In this document: in pieces, positions 10,101 through 20,920 of the stretch
How positions within the stretch are numbered: position 1 is the first letter of the stretch
How the letters are laid out: each line of letters opens with the position of its first letter
DNA from: Nemertoderma westbladi
Lineage: Eukaryota; Animalia; Xenacoelomorpha
Length of the DNA: 36,566 nt
Direction of reading: 5' to 3'
NCBI GenBank assembly: GCA_032718475.1
Contig: JAUCBJ010004340.1
Location: 1 to 36,566, forward strand
Translations under genes and position numbers: made by a program
Notes under the pieces: model-generated
Told to the model about the DNA's origin: nothing
Seen by the model: the letters and a program-made list of their open reading frames with translations, nothing else
Databases searched by the model: none

Positions 10101-10196
10101 CGGAAAATTCCGGAATTCCAACCGGAATATTCTGGCATGTTGAATTCCGGTTCCGGTTCCGGCCGGAATCAAAATATCAATTCCGGGACAACCCTA
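10101..10196. mobile_element. One end of a DNA transposon with TTCCGG/CCGGAA subterminal repeats (TAGGG terminus, hAT-like)
   Basis: Clustered TTCCGG motifs ending in ATTCCGGGACAACCCTA (reverse complement TAGGGTTGTCCCGGAAT). No partner end seen. Confidence 0.4.
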
Positions 10197-10375
10197 CTAT
10201 AGACCGCTCGCAGCGGGTTGAAGGTCGGAATGAGTCGAAGGTTCGAAAGTGGCAGCCGTGGGCGCCTTTTTCGGACCTTCGTTCAATTCGGAACCTCGTC
10301 CTGGAACCCCCACACATTGGCACTGGTTCAGTATGCGTACCCGTAGACCACCCACCAAATTTTTTATACTTAACA

Positions 10376-10832
10376 GTTTTGATAATCTCTTATTTCGAAA
10401 TATTCTAGAACATGTTAGCTATTTGTTTATAAAAAATTATGTTCTAGAACAAATATTATTTATTCTGGAACATCTTTTTAGAAAAAACAAGGTTTGTATT
10501 AATTTTTTTGTTATCGTTATATCAACAGTATTTAGCATTTTAATGATTCTCTGTAAACATTATTCTCTTTTATAAAACTCGGTATTAACTACCATACATT
10601 TTACTAGCTATCATCATAATTTAATTGAAAAATTTCAAAGTAATAAAACCAATTATTTTATGTATTTTATACACGTTTTATAACCACCCCCACCCCCATA
10701 TGCTTTTTAAATACACACCAGGCTTTTGTCTAAAATATGTTCTAGAAAAAAAAATATTTGTTCTAGAACATTAATTAAAAAAAATAGCTAACATGTTCTG
10801 GTACATTTCAAAAAAATAAATTATCAAAAACT
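10376..10832. repeat. Foldback element with ~110-bp AT-rich arms rich in TTCTAGAA
   Basis: 10376-10487 (…AGAACATGTTAGCTATTT…ATGTTCTAGAACAAATATT…) matches the reverse complement of 10724-10832. Confidence 0.8.
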
Positions 10833-10938
10833 AGCCAGTAGATAAGATTAAATCAATCGGGGGTTACCCACTCAGGATATTATTTCTTTAACTAAGGTTT
10901 AAGGCCGTGGTGTTGGTGGTGTTGTTGGCTAAAGAGCA

Positions 10939-12527
10939 ACAAACATGGGTTTAATTCACAAACATGGGTTTAATTCACAAACATGGGTTTAATTCACAAA
11001 CATGGGTTTAATTCACAAACATGGGTTTAATTCACAATCATGGGTTTAATTCACAAACATGGGTTTAATTCACAATCATGGGTTTAATTCACAAACATGG
11101 GTGTAATTCACAAACATGGGTTTAATTCACAATCATGGGTTTAATTCACAAACATGGGTTTAATTCACAAACATGGGTTTAATTCACAAACATGGGTTTA
11201 ATTCACAAACATGGGTTTAATTCACAAACATTGGTTTAATTCACAAACATTGGTTTAATTCACAAACATGGGTTTAATTCACAAACATTGGGTTAATTCA
11301 CAAACATGGGTTTAATTCACAAACATGGGTTTAATTCACAAACATGGGTGTAATTCACAAACATGGGTGTAATTCACAAACATGGGTTTAATTCACAAAC
11401 ATGGGTTTAATTCACAAACATGGGTTTAATTCACAAACATGGGTTTAATTCACAAACATGGGTTTAATTCACAAACATGGGTTTAATTCACAAACATGGG
11501 TTTAATTCACAAACATGGGTTTAATTCACAAACATGGGTTTAATTCACAAACATGGGTTTAATTCACAAACATGGGTTTAATTCACAAACATGGGTTTAA
11601 TTCACAAACATGGGTTTAATTCACAAACATGGGTTTAATTCACAAACATGGGTTTAATTCACAAACATGGGTTTAATTCACAAACATGGGTTTAATTCAC
11701 AAACATGGGTTTAATTCACAATCATGGGTTTAATTCACAATCATGGGTTTAATTCACAAACATGGGTTTAATTCACAAACATGGGTTTAATTCACAAACA
11801 TGGGTTTAATTCACAAACATGGGTTTAATTCACAAACATGGGTTTAATTCACAAACATGGGTTTATTTCACAATCATGGGTTTAATTCACAATCATGGGT
11901 TTAATTCACAAACATGGGTTTAGTTCACAAACATGGGTTTAATTCACAAACATGGGTTTAATTCACAAACATGGGTTTAATTCACAAACATGGGTTTAAT
12001 TCACAAACATGGGTTTAATTCACAAACATGGGTTTAATTCACAAACATGGGTTTAATTCACAAACATGGGTTTAATTCACAAACATGGGTTTAATTCACA
12101 AACATGGGTTTAATTCACAAACATGGGTTTAATTCACAAACATGGGTTTAATTCACAAACATGGGTTTAATTCACAAACATGGGTTTAATTCACAATCAT
12201 GGGTTTAATTCACAATCATGGGTTTAATTCACAAACATGGGTTTAATTCACAAACATGGGTTTAATTCACAAACATGGGTTTAATTCACAAACATGGGTT
12301 TAATTCACAAACATGGGTTTAATTCACAAACATGGGTTTATTTCACAATCATGGGTTTAATTCACAATCATGGGTTTAATTCACAAACATGGGTTTAGTT
12401 CACAAACATGGGTTTAATTCACAATCATGGGTTTAATTCACAAACATGGGTTTAGTTCACAAACATGGGTTTAATTCACAAACATGGGTTTAATTTACAA
12501 ACATGGGTATAATTCACAATCATGGGT
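10939..12527. repeat. 19-bp minisatellite AAACATGGGTTTAATTCAC, ~83 copies, inside the MON2 intron
   Basis: Directly visible near-perfect tandem array without spacers. Confidence 0.98.
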
Positions 12528-13063
12528 ATTCTTAGACTCCCTCCAGCGGCGAGTGGCGGGATTAAATATTTCACGAAGAACACTAATAGTCCCTTGATAT
12601 TTATACAAATTTTTGAAACCAACTTTTTTTGCACTCGGCTCCTTCGTATCTACAAAATCTCTCCAGTTGATTATTTTTTTTAATTATTAACTTTTAATTA
12701 AATGAATTAATTAATATAAATAAAATTCGTAATAGTAAAAAAAAAAATATTATTTCATAAAAGTGCTGACCCCTCGGAGTCAGAGAGTTTTATAAGATCT
12801 TCAGAAAACCTCTAAATGATCCATAAATTATCGGATTTGGGTAGAAAATGACGGAGGGATCGAAAAATGTATTTCCGAGACAATATCATTTAAAACTGTC
12901 TGTCTTTGGTCTGTTAATTAATAGGTTAGAACTGTTTGGCATTTAATGCTGCAAACACGTTTACATAAAATTATCAATATGGGGGTTTTCGGGGTCGGTG
13001 ATTTCATTTTCGGAGTCAGTTTTAATGTTTGGTGACTTGGTGGAACGTAATAAGTCTGTATGA

Positions 13064-13196
13064 CAGTGAGGCTGTCCGTCCGCCTGTCTGTCAGTGAGGC
13101 TGTCCGGCCGCCTGTCTGTCAGTGAGGCTGTCCGTCCGCCTGTCTGTCAGTGAGGCTGTCCGGCCGCCTGTCTGTCAGTGAGGCTGTCTGTCTGTC
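13064..13196. repeat. 28-bp tandem repeat CAGTGAGGCTGTCCG(T/G)CCGCCTGTCTGT, ~4.7 copies
   Basis: Unit starts at 13064, 13092, 13120, 13148 and 13176. The T and G variants alternate. Confidence 0.9.
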
Positions 13197-13399
13197 TTAA
13201 TCATTTTAATGGACAAACAGTAGACGGAAAGACAGCGATAACTAGAGAACTAAAGAAACTTTTTTAAATACCCACCAAATTCAGCGTCAAAAATGTAAAA
13301 AGGTTAACCCAAAGAGGGGGATACCACCCTCACCCCCCTCCCACTGCAGCACTGAGCCCCAGTTGAACTCATAACCGCTCCTAGTCGCTAGATTCTCAC

Positions 13400-14647
13400 C
13401 TGGAATGGAACGACGTGAGAGACTCCTTTATAGACGAAGGAACAGGAATTAACTTGTACCGGAGTGACGGGGGCCACGGTTGTAGTGGATACGGATAGTT
13501 GGATGAAGGTGCCCAGACCGTTCACCATGTCCTGGAACACCTTGGTGGAGTGGGGCTTCATGTCGTAGGACGCGCAGAACGCGGCGATGAGACCCGGACG
13601 AACGGAGACCTTGTGGAGGACCTCTAGGGCGACGGCGCGTTGCCACGCGGGTTTATCGAAGTCGAGGAATTTGAGAACGATAGCGAGGAATATCTCGCAC
13701 TCTGTGACGAGTAGCGGGTGGTAGCGGTCGACTAGAACGCAGACTAGACGCAGTAGTCGCATAGTGACAGGGAAGTTAGGTCTCTCGGAAGGGGTAGAAG
13801 AGTTGATCTGTTTGTATTTAATGCAAGGCGAGAAGAGTTTAATTACAAGCGGGCAGACCTGCTCCTTAACCACCGACATAAACCCGGCGAGGTTTTTAAT
13901 AACGGACGAATAATTATGTAGGATCAACTCGATGAGTTCGATCCCGAAGGATTTGGTCATCTGAGTGACTCCGGCCAGCCACACGGGCGCGTCGCCGTTA
14001 AGTAAATGGCACAAATCGTAGAAGAAGGCCAAGGCCTCGGTTACGTCGGGGTCTGGTACGTCGGTCGTTTCGTAACCTCTCCTCGGTTTATCCGCAACCG
14101 ACTCGGCTCTATCGAACACCAAGGTAACGATCTGTCTAACCGTGGCGCTCGCCGTGTTGCAAACGATTTGTTCGCTGCTAAAGTTTAATCGGAAGCAAAT
14201 AACAATTGCTTTAGCGAGTTGTTCCCCGCGTATTGTTTTAGAAGTTGTTAGAAGAACCAAAATAGTTTGAAGAAGTTTTAATTCCTCTAAATTGGATTCC
14301 ATAAGAATCCAAAGAGTTTTTATAATTAAAGTTCCCGAATCCACATCAACGCAATTATGGGATAACAAACGCTGAATACCCGCCAACGATAATAACACAT
14401 TTTTATGGACTTTAGTTTCCGCTCCGAGGGAGAATGGAGTCATTATCGTTAGACTGTGTTGGGTTAATTCCTGGACAGTTGTCGACGGCTGTTTCTTTCC
14501 GGTTATCGTTCGAATCTTCGTCATGGCGATCTCGGAGGCTTCTTTCACGAAAGGGAATTTCCTCTTACAGTCGTTCGATAATGTCCGCAAATCCGCCAAC
14601 GTGCTCTCAGTTAATTTCTTTAGAGCTAAATCAGACGTTGAGGCCAT
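13400..14647 (-). CDS. MON2: MON2 coding exon 1 (DCB and HUS/Sec7_N regions), 416 aa
   Basis: Starts MASTSDLALKKLTESTLADLRTLSNDCKRKFPFVKEASE. Motifs EELKLLQTILVLLTT, NTASATVRQIV..VFDR, MTKSFGIELIELIL, LVTECEIFL, DKPAWQRAVALEVLH, SYDMKPHSTKVFQDMVNGL. ATG context AAAATGG and donor CAG|GTGAG. Confidence 0.95.
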
Positions 14648-15159
14648 TTTTCAAGTTTTTTTTTAGCAACAAATATATTTGGGCCTACAACTACAAAATA
14701 AATTATAGTGAATTCGGCAAGTAAACTGGAAACCTGTCTGCCTGTAAAGAAAGACCATAAAGGATAACTGTATATTATATTACAGTATTATAGCTGTATA
14801 CCAGTATACCGTAGCTGTATCTTGTTAGCTGTATAATAGAGGTAGTCCATACTGCCAACTGCCATGGGCGGGGAGGGCATAGCGACTCAGTGAGCGTGAT
14901 AGCAATCTCTACTGCAGTACTCAAGGCCATACAATAGTACAAGCGTGAAGCGTGCAGTGCATACTGTTAAATTTATGGAGGCTGAACTGTTAGTTCTGTA
15001 TCATTTCTTAAAACATTTTTGCAGCCGAAATATGGTCTAAAAAGCTGGTGTTTTTTTTATTGCTTTTTTTTATTTCAACTGCGTTGGTTTGCTTAGAAGT
15101 CTGTGATAGAAATTCATTATTCATTTATTAATAATTGGAATAGATACACCCCCAAACTA

Positions 15160-15442
15160 CGGTGGCCCATAACTGTCACAGGATATAAAAAGGAATGGCA
15201 GAAATTAAAAAGCCACGGCAGAAATTAAAATTAATTTCTGCCGTAGCTTCTTTAATTTCTATCGTAGCTTCTTTAATTTCTGCCGTAGCTTCTTTAATTT
15301 CTGCCGTGGCTTTTTAATTTCTGCCGTGGCTTTTTAATTTCTGCCGTAGCTTCTTTAATTTCTGCCGTGGCTTTTTAATTTCTGCCGTGGCTTTTTAATT
15401 TCTGCCGTTCCTTTTTATATACTGTGACAGTTATGGGCCACC
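15160..15442. mobile_element. MITE with long TIRs and internal 20/21-bp tandem repeats, TA-flanked
   Basis: GGTGGCCCATAACTGTCACAG.ATATAAAAAGGAA (from 15161) is mirrored by TTCCTTTTTATAT.CTGTGACAGTTATGGGCCACC (to 15442). The internal unit TTAATTTCTGCCGT(G/A)GCTT occurs in both orientations. Confidence 0.85.
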
Positions 15443-15589
15443 TAACCAAACGGAGTAAAATGGTAAACATTATAAAATATATGCAGAGAGACACAAAGGA
15501 TATTATAAATTAAATTTGTAAAAATATAGACGCGGTTGAGTAGTAGTAAAACAAGTAAGTAAAGTAGAGACGCGATTGAGGGGCATTGC

Positions 15590-16620
15590 GGACACTACTG
15601 TAGAGCGTGGTTTCTTAAAATTCCGGAGGTGGAACATACTGTAGTTTACAGCGGCAGTTATGGGAGATTATGTGGAACGGGGTGGGGTTGCAGCATAATT
15701 TGTGATGGTACCCATACGCCGTGAAATTCGTAACTAGGAATCTGTTCTGTTGACCACCGGTTTTCCAGGTTGGGTTTCTGAAGGCGGCTCCTATCTTATA
15801 GTAAAACACTGGTTTATGAAGTTAATATTTTTTTCTTGTCAATGAGCTCGGTATTGATTAAGAGTTTCAAGGTTGAAAGCGTGTGGGTATTGTTCAAGTA
15901 TATCCTCTATAAAGGTGTTTTGATTGACGAGTTTCAAGCCCAAGGCACAATGCCTGAATGCCATTGTGGATGATGCAGATTGCAGAGCTGATGAGGCGGA
16001 ATAACCGTTTAATATGTTTAGATTTCACTTTGTCTATATCTTTTAAGTGTGATAGGGCGAGATAACTGCCGATGATGTTTATTGAATATGTTATTACTAT
16101 TGGGGCAATTTTCATTCGAAATATCGAAATGCCCGTTTCAACCGATAGAAGGTGCAAGTGATTCAGTGACCCGATGGCACCGTAAGCCTTTTTCTTTTTA
16201 GATTTTATGTGTTGGGAGAAGTAGAGTGTTGGTTGTAGAGTGACCCCGTCGTCGGCGTAAAACAGAAAGCGAATGGTAGCAGCTATTGCCAGTAGAATCT
16301 GAGTAGGTCTGCAATGAATATAATAAAAAGTGTGGGGCTAAGCCAATCTAATCTCCCTGACCCTGTAGAATAATCTCCCTGAAGAACTCCACGCAGTTGA
16401 GTTGTTTTATGTGAGTTGTTGTTTTCGATAGTTGGATGATGTCGAATATTTGTATTGTGTTACCAAGCGGAAGGTCCTTCAGTAAAATAAACAAACAGTT
16501 TAACTTTTATTCCGATGTTGTACAATTTTGAAGGTCGGATTGATATGGGAACAGAGTCATATTTACTGATATTTTCCTGTCCTGTCTGCCGGATGACTTT
16601 TATATCAGTTAGTAGTTAAT
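15590..16620 (-). pseudogene. Decayed LINE ORF2 fragment (RT motifs plus Cys/His-rich C-terminus)
   Basis: Minus-strand fragments RGVLQG, LSPTLFIIFIADL, RFLFYADD (YADD at 16259-16248), LSVETGISIFRMKIAPIV…LKDIDKVKSKHIKRLF and GYHHKLC…CRCKL, interrupted by frameshifts and deletions. Confidence 0.75.
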
Positions 16621-17384
16621 TATTCATTTATAACTTAACTGTTAACCTATCGGTACTAATGTACGCAAATGTCCAATTGGTGTGTCGTTTTAGCCTTCCA
16701 TAGTGTTAATTTTAAATTAATATTGAAAAATTAGTGACTAGAAGGAATAATTTTAGTGTAATCTGTGTGTGCAAAAAATCAGATCAGTGGCCTAATTTTT
16801 TATGAAGTTATAGCGTTTTTCATTTGAAAATTGTTGTTTTGAGAAAAATACAGTCCCAAACCCAATATGCATTAACTTGGTCATTTTGGCGGCCGAAATG
16901 GCCAAATATAAACTGCGGCATTCCTGAAAAAAACTCATGAGGCACGTTGGCTTGCCCAGCATGTTGGCAGATAGAGAAAGGTCCAGACGTCCCCCCTCCC
17001 CCGAGACAGTTTCCCCCGTTCAAGTAGGACACTCCCCCCCTCCCCCGGACACCACCCCCACCCCCCCCCCCCGACAGTTCTTAATTTCGCACATGTAAAC
17101 GCACCGCTTGTATCCAAACAAGTTGTACAGTATCCAATTTTCCTTTTTTGCTCAGAAATGGATTTTGCATCCCGATTTTACATTTTATATTCAAGTTTTA
17201 TTTATGTATTTCATCAATGCAATATTACATATTAGATAATAGATAATAATATGTAATATAAAATATACAGTTTAATGTTTATAAACATATTTCTAACAGT
17301 AACGCATTATTGTTTATAAACAAAACGCATTATTATTTTGTCAGTCAAATTATGAAAAAGCTCACCAACAAGATAAAATTTTCA

Positions 17385-17870
17385 CTTGGGGTTTTTCAAA
17401 GTCGCTGATTTCATTTCCGATTCCTATTTTCAATTTTAATGTAATGTATTCTGTCTGCACGTTTGTCTGTCGGTCTGTCTTGACAGACAGGTTGACGGAA
17501 CGACGGAACGACATACAGACATAATAGTTTTCGATAAAAGTGAAAACTGACATCAAAAAATGAAATCAGCATCCAGAAAAACCCCATAGCAAAATATTTG
17601 GCTAGGTGGTATGCTGTCCTTATATTTTGTGCTCTTTACTACGTTGATACATACCTGTATGTGGAGCATATTATGTTATTTTTATTTTTGTTTGTGTTTT
17701 TGTGTGTTCTTATATTTTGACAGACAGGTTGCCGGACGGACGGACGGACGGACGGACGGACAGACAGACAGACAGACATACAGACTACATACAGAAGATA
17801 TAATAGTTTTCGATAAACGATAAACATTAAGCTAGGTGGTAAGCTTTCTTTATATTTTGACAGACATACC
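17385..17870. repeat. Degenerate interspersed repeat with (GACA)n/(GACG)n microsatellites and inverted GGGGTTTT..GCTGATTTCATTT motifs
   Basis: The motif at 17387-17435 is inverted at 17544-17588. ATAATAGTTTTCGATAAA is duplicated (17521, ~17800), as is GCTAGGTGGTA (17601, 17831). A related motif lies at 12981-13023. Confidence 0.6.
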
Positions 17871-18246
17871 ATCAGATGTACAGGCACAAGGACCGACAGT
17901 CTACACATTCAAACAGAGTAAGATTAACATTATCAATGATAACTTTTGAACTACATTAGCTAATAACAAACGGTTAAAAGTTTTGAAATCCTCATAAAAA
18001 TCTGCTCTAGAGAGGATTGAAAATGAAAAATCTGTTTTTTTTTCGGAATAAGACATAACCTTAATTGGTGAATATCGAAATTAAATATTCACGAAATTTA
18101 TATTACTATTTACTTAACGTTCTTGGTGGAATTTGAGTTTAGGACAATTTATATACGTGGGAACATAACGTAACGCATCGCAATAATATGCAACGCAGTA
18201 AGTCATTCGTTATAATAATAGCAACCAATAGGGTATGAAACAACAT

Positions 18247-18811
18247 TGTCAATAATCTCGTGTAGGTTTGTCCATTTGGGTCACGTTTGGTTTGTCACAC
18301 GCTGATACATTACGCTGATACATGATACATACATCGGCTTCAGCCCTCACCAGCCAATATGTGCAATAGGATCGAAACGTAACTGTTTGACCAACCAGTA
18401 GCTCCGACCAATCAGTGACCAGCTCGGCCAATCAGCTCTCAGAGCTATACAAGTGTCTGGCAATAAAAGGGCCTGTTTTCTCATTTTCCTAACCTTCTTG
18501 AACCTTCACTCTCTGCTTACGGAAGGCACTGACTTTTACAACAATAAATGTTTTTATATATTTTTTATCTGTAATTAGTATTTCTGCAATTTCTGTAATA
18601 TCTCAACTCCGTATACTCAATAATCTACGTATAACTGATACGAATGATATAATATAATAGTTCCGGCAGTCAAATCAGATTCTCAATGTTTTCTCTCAAC
18701 CTCCTATACAGTCCACTCCAACCATTAACGGGAGGGGTCGAACAGCCCTCTCACTTCACCACCCGACGGATAGCGTGCACTCTCTCCCTCTAAACTGCGC
18801 CGTTACTTACA
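18247..18811 (+). mobile_element. Solo LTR (565 bp), TG...CA, 4-bp TSD (Gypsy-like)
   Basis: Starts TGTCAATAA and ends TTACTTACA (imperfect IR). ACAT flanks both sides (18243-18246, 18812-18815). Internal CCAAT boxes (~18355, 18408, 18428), AATAAAA at 18462 and AATAAA at 18543. Confidence 0.7.
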
Positions 18812-18910
18812 ACATTATATGTATGTGCCATATATGGATGCTGTAGGGACTCAATCAAAACCCATTTCTCTGTCCGGGTAAATCGACTCAAATAGCTGAT
18901 TACTCTCAAA

Positions 18911-19005
18911 AATAAAACTGTAACCGTTTATATAACTTTCGCCTATTGTTTTGATTAGAATAACGTGCTACTCTAACCTGCTCCTTTCCCTTAATTGATA
19001 ATTTA
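18911..19005 (+). repeat. Second copy of the internal segment of the 6177-6402 MITE
   Basis: AATAACGTGC.ACT.TAACCTGCTCCTTTCCCTTAATTGATAATTTT is shared with 6314-6360, and both are preceded by AATAAAACT.TAACC. Confidence 0.8.
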
Positions 19006-20017
19006 ACATTAAGACGAGATGGTAATTGCAAACCCCCCCCCCCTCACCCCCATATTCTGTTATCTAAATCATCTGCAGAATACCAAGTCCAACATATCAT
19101 ATTTGTTTACATACCGAGAGAGTAAGTGAAAATATAATAATTCGTTGAAAGACAATATTTTATATTAAAAAGAGAAAATTAGAAACAATTATTAATCCGA
19201 AATCAACATTTATATTTAAATTATCGTAAAGGTACAGATTTCGTTAGGACGTTGTTTTGAAAGGCTGGCAGAGTGGCAGATGTAAATAAAGTCTTAAGAA
19301 CTCTAAAAATACCCGACCGGTATAACAATATCAAATATAAATTACAGCTAAAATTATAATTGATACTCATAATTAATGCGGTGGAGTCCCATAGTTTAGC
19401 AGACTGTTGTTTCGGTAGTTTGTCAGGACTTTTTTATGTTCTAGAAAACACTGAAAGAATATATAGAACTCGCCAAAAAAAAAAACGCCCTAAAAGAAAA
19501 ACTGAACTTATATTATATTAATTATGTCCAATGAATGTATTACCCGTTTGCAACAGGGATTGGAAAGTACATCGGTTTTATACAAATACATCAAATGAAT
19601 CTGGAAGCAGCGATCCTAAATTATTATGAGAATTATATTAAAATACAAGTAAATAGATAACATAGAGCTACTGTAAACCAAACCACAATTAATTAATCAT
19701 AATTTATGTCATGTTAGACTCAAAATATAAGGGAATTCAACAACACAATAATTATACTATTAGATTATTATTATAAAACTGTAAGTCAGCAACCATTAAC
19801 ATCATCTTATGCGATTTACACCGCGCCTATAACAGACACATACAAATAATTTATTTTCAATAATACGAATTTTAGAACTGGATTTACTAAAAATTAGAAA
19901 CATTACTCTACTCTGTTAGTTTTAAGGAATTAGGTTGTCATAAAATAGAACCACCAAAGACACGCGATATTAGAAATATTACAACACATACCTGTAGTCA
20001 ATTAACCAAACATAATA

Positions 20018-20693
20018 TAGTGGATAGTTCCGAATGAGTACAATTACTCAAAGCCAACGAAAGCTACCGAAAGTTATCGAAAAGGTTAAATCAGGGGCGA
20101 AAGCTATCCATTTACTGATAGGGGGTACATGTCGCACTCTCAGCGTCCGATATTATTCATAAACAAAAATATATATGGGCTCAAATTCAAAGAATTGCCG
20201 TTAAATTTCAAATAAAATTTCGCGAAATATAGATTCATTGATACAGTACAGCAGTAAGGGTTGTTTTATTAACAATGCTAGGCTAGGCTACTGCAGTAGC
20301 TGTACTGGTGGCATATTATTACGCTGTAATACGCCGCCACGCAGTCAGACGGTAGCAGGTCTGATGGTAGCAGCGTACCGGTAGGGACCGCAGTAGCCTA
20401 CTGTACTGACTGCTGGCAATCAAGTGACGGAATGCAGGTTAGGTCTAAATGAGCACTCGCACTGTAAATAGTAGAGCCCTTACTGTGTCAGTGAATTTAT
20501 ATTTCGCGATAGGAATATTTGAAATTAACGGCAATTATTTGAATTGTATAATACCCCTATCTTTTTGGTTTATGAATGCTATCGAACTATCGAATGTGCT
20601 AAACGTTCCCCCTCAGTGAATGGATATCTTCACCCCAACTTTAACCTTTTCGATAACTCTCGGTAATTGTCCTCTTTCCGAACTATCCTACTG
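20018..20693. mobile_element. MITE/foldback with ~220-bp TIRs, TA-flanked CAGT-type end (Tc1/mariner/pogo-like)
   Basis: 20018-20248 (GGATAGTTCCGAA…GTTATCGAAAAGGTTAAA…AATTGCCGTTAAATTTCAAATA…TCGCGAAATATAGATTCA) matches the reverse complement of 20481-20693. The right end reads TA-CAGTAGGATAG on the minus strand. Confidence 0.75.
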
Positions 20694-20920
20694 TAAATAG
20701 TTTTAATTTTCGTTATTAGATGTTTACAGGTTGTTTTAAACTTTCAAACTTATAAAAGTATCAGTTTGGAAAGCAGAATTGTTTATATTAGTTGTCCTGA
20801 CAACTAGAAGTGGCTTCGAATAGTCTAGCTCAGCCAGTTTAGGGGTAGGAATACTTTGCAACACGGCATAATAGCTTCTTCTATATAAAAATTAATAATA
20901 TTAAAAATACAAATATTTTA

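Larger units (their letters stand above)
5803..13399 (-). other. MON2: Single MON2 coding intron, 7597 bp, GT-AG, phase 0
   Basis: Donor CAG|GTGAGA at 13400/13399 and acceptor TTTGCAG|. The joined peptide ...YKGVSHVVPFQ|PIAGVCRATYLDKLD... follows the MON2 segment continuously as I recall it, so no further exon is needed. Confidence 0.85.

Noticed and set aside
9879-10408. GC-rich patch as a possible middle MON2 exon
   Set aside because: Exons 1 and 2 already join in phase with continuous MON2 similarity. The patch is explained by a retrotransposon tail plus DNA-transposon fragments.
10939-12527. CRISPR array or telomeric repeat (contains GGGTTTA)
   Set aside because: No unique spacers and no cas genes in a eukaryotic context. 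The telomere-like heptamer is only part of a 19-bp unit and is not tandem.
16990-17072. C-rich tracts with G-quadruplex potential (also 9293-9318 and 34628-34643)
   Set aside because: Simple homopolymer or TE-like low-complexity runs with nothing to indicate function.
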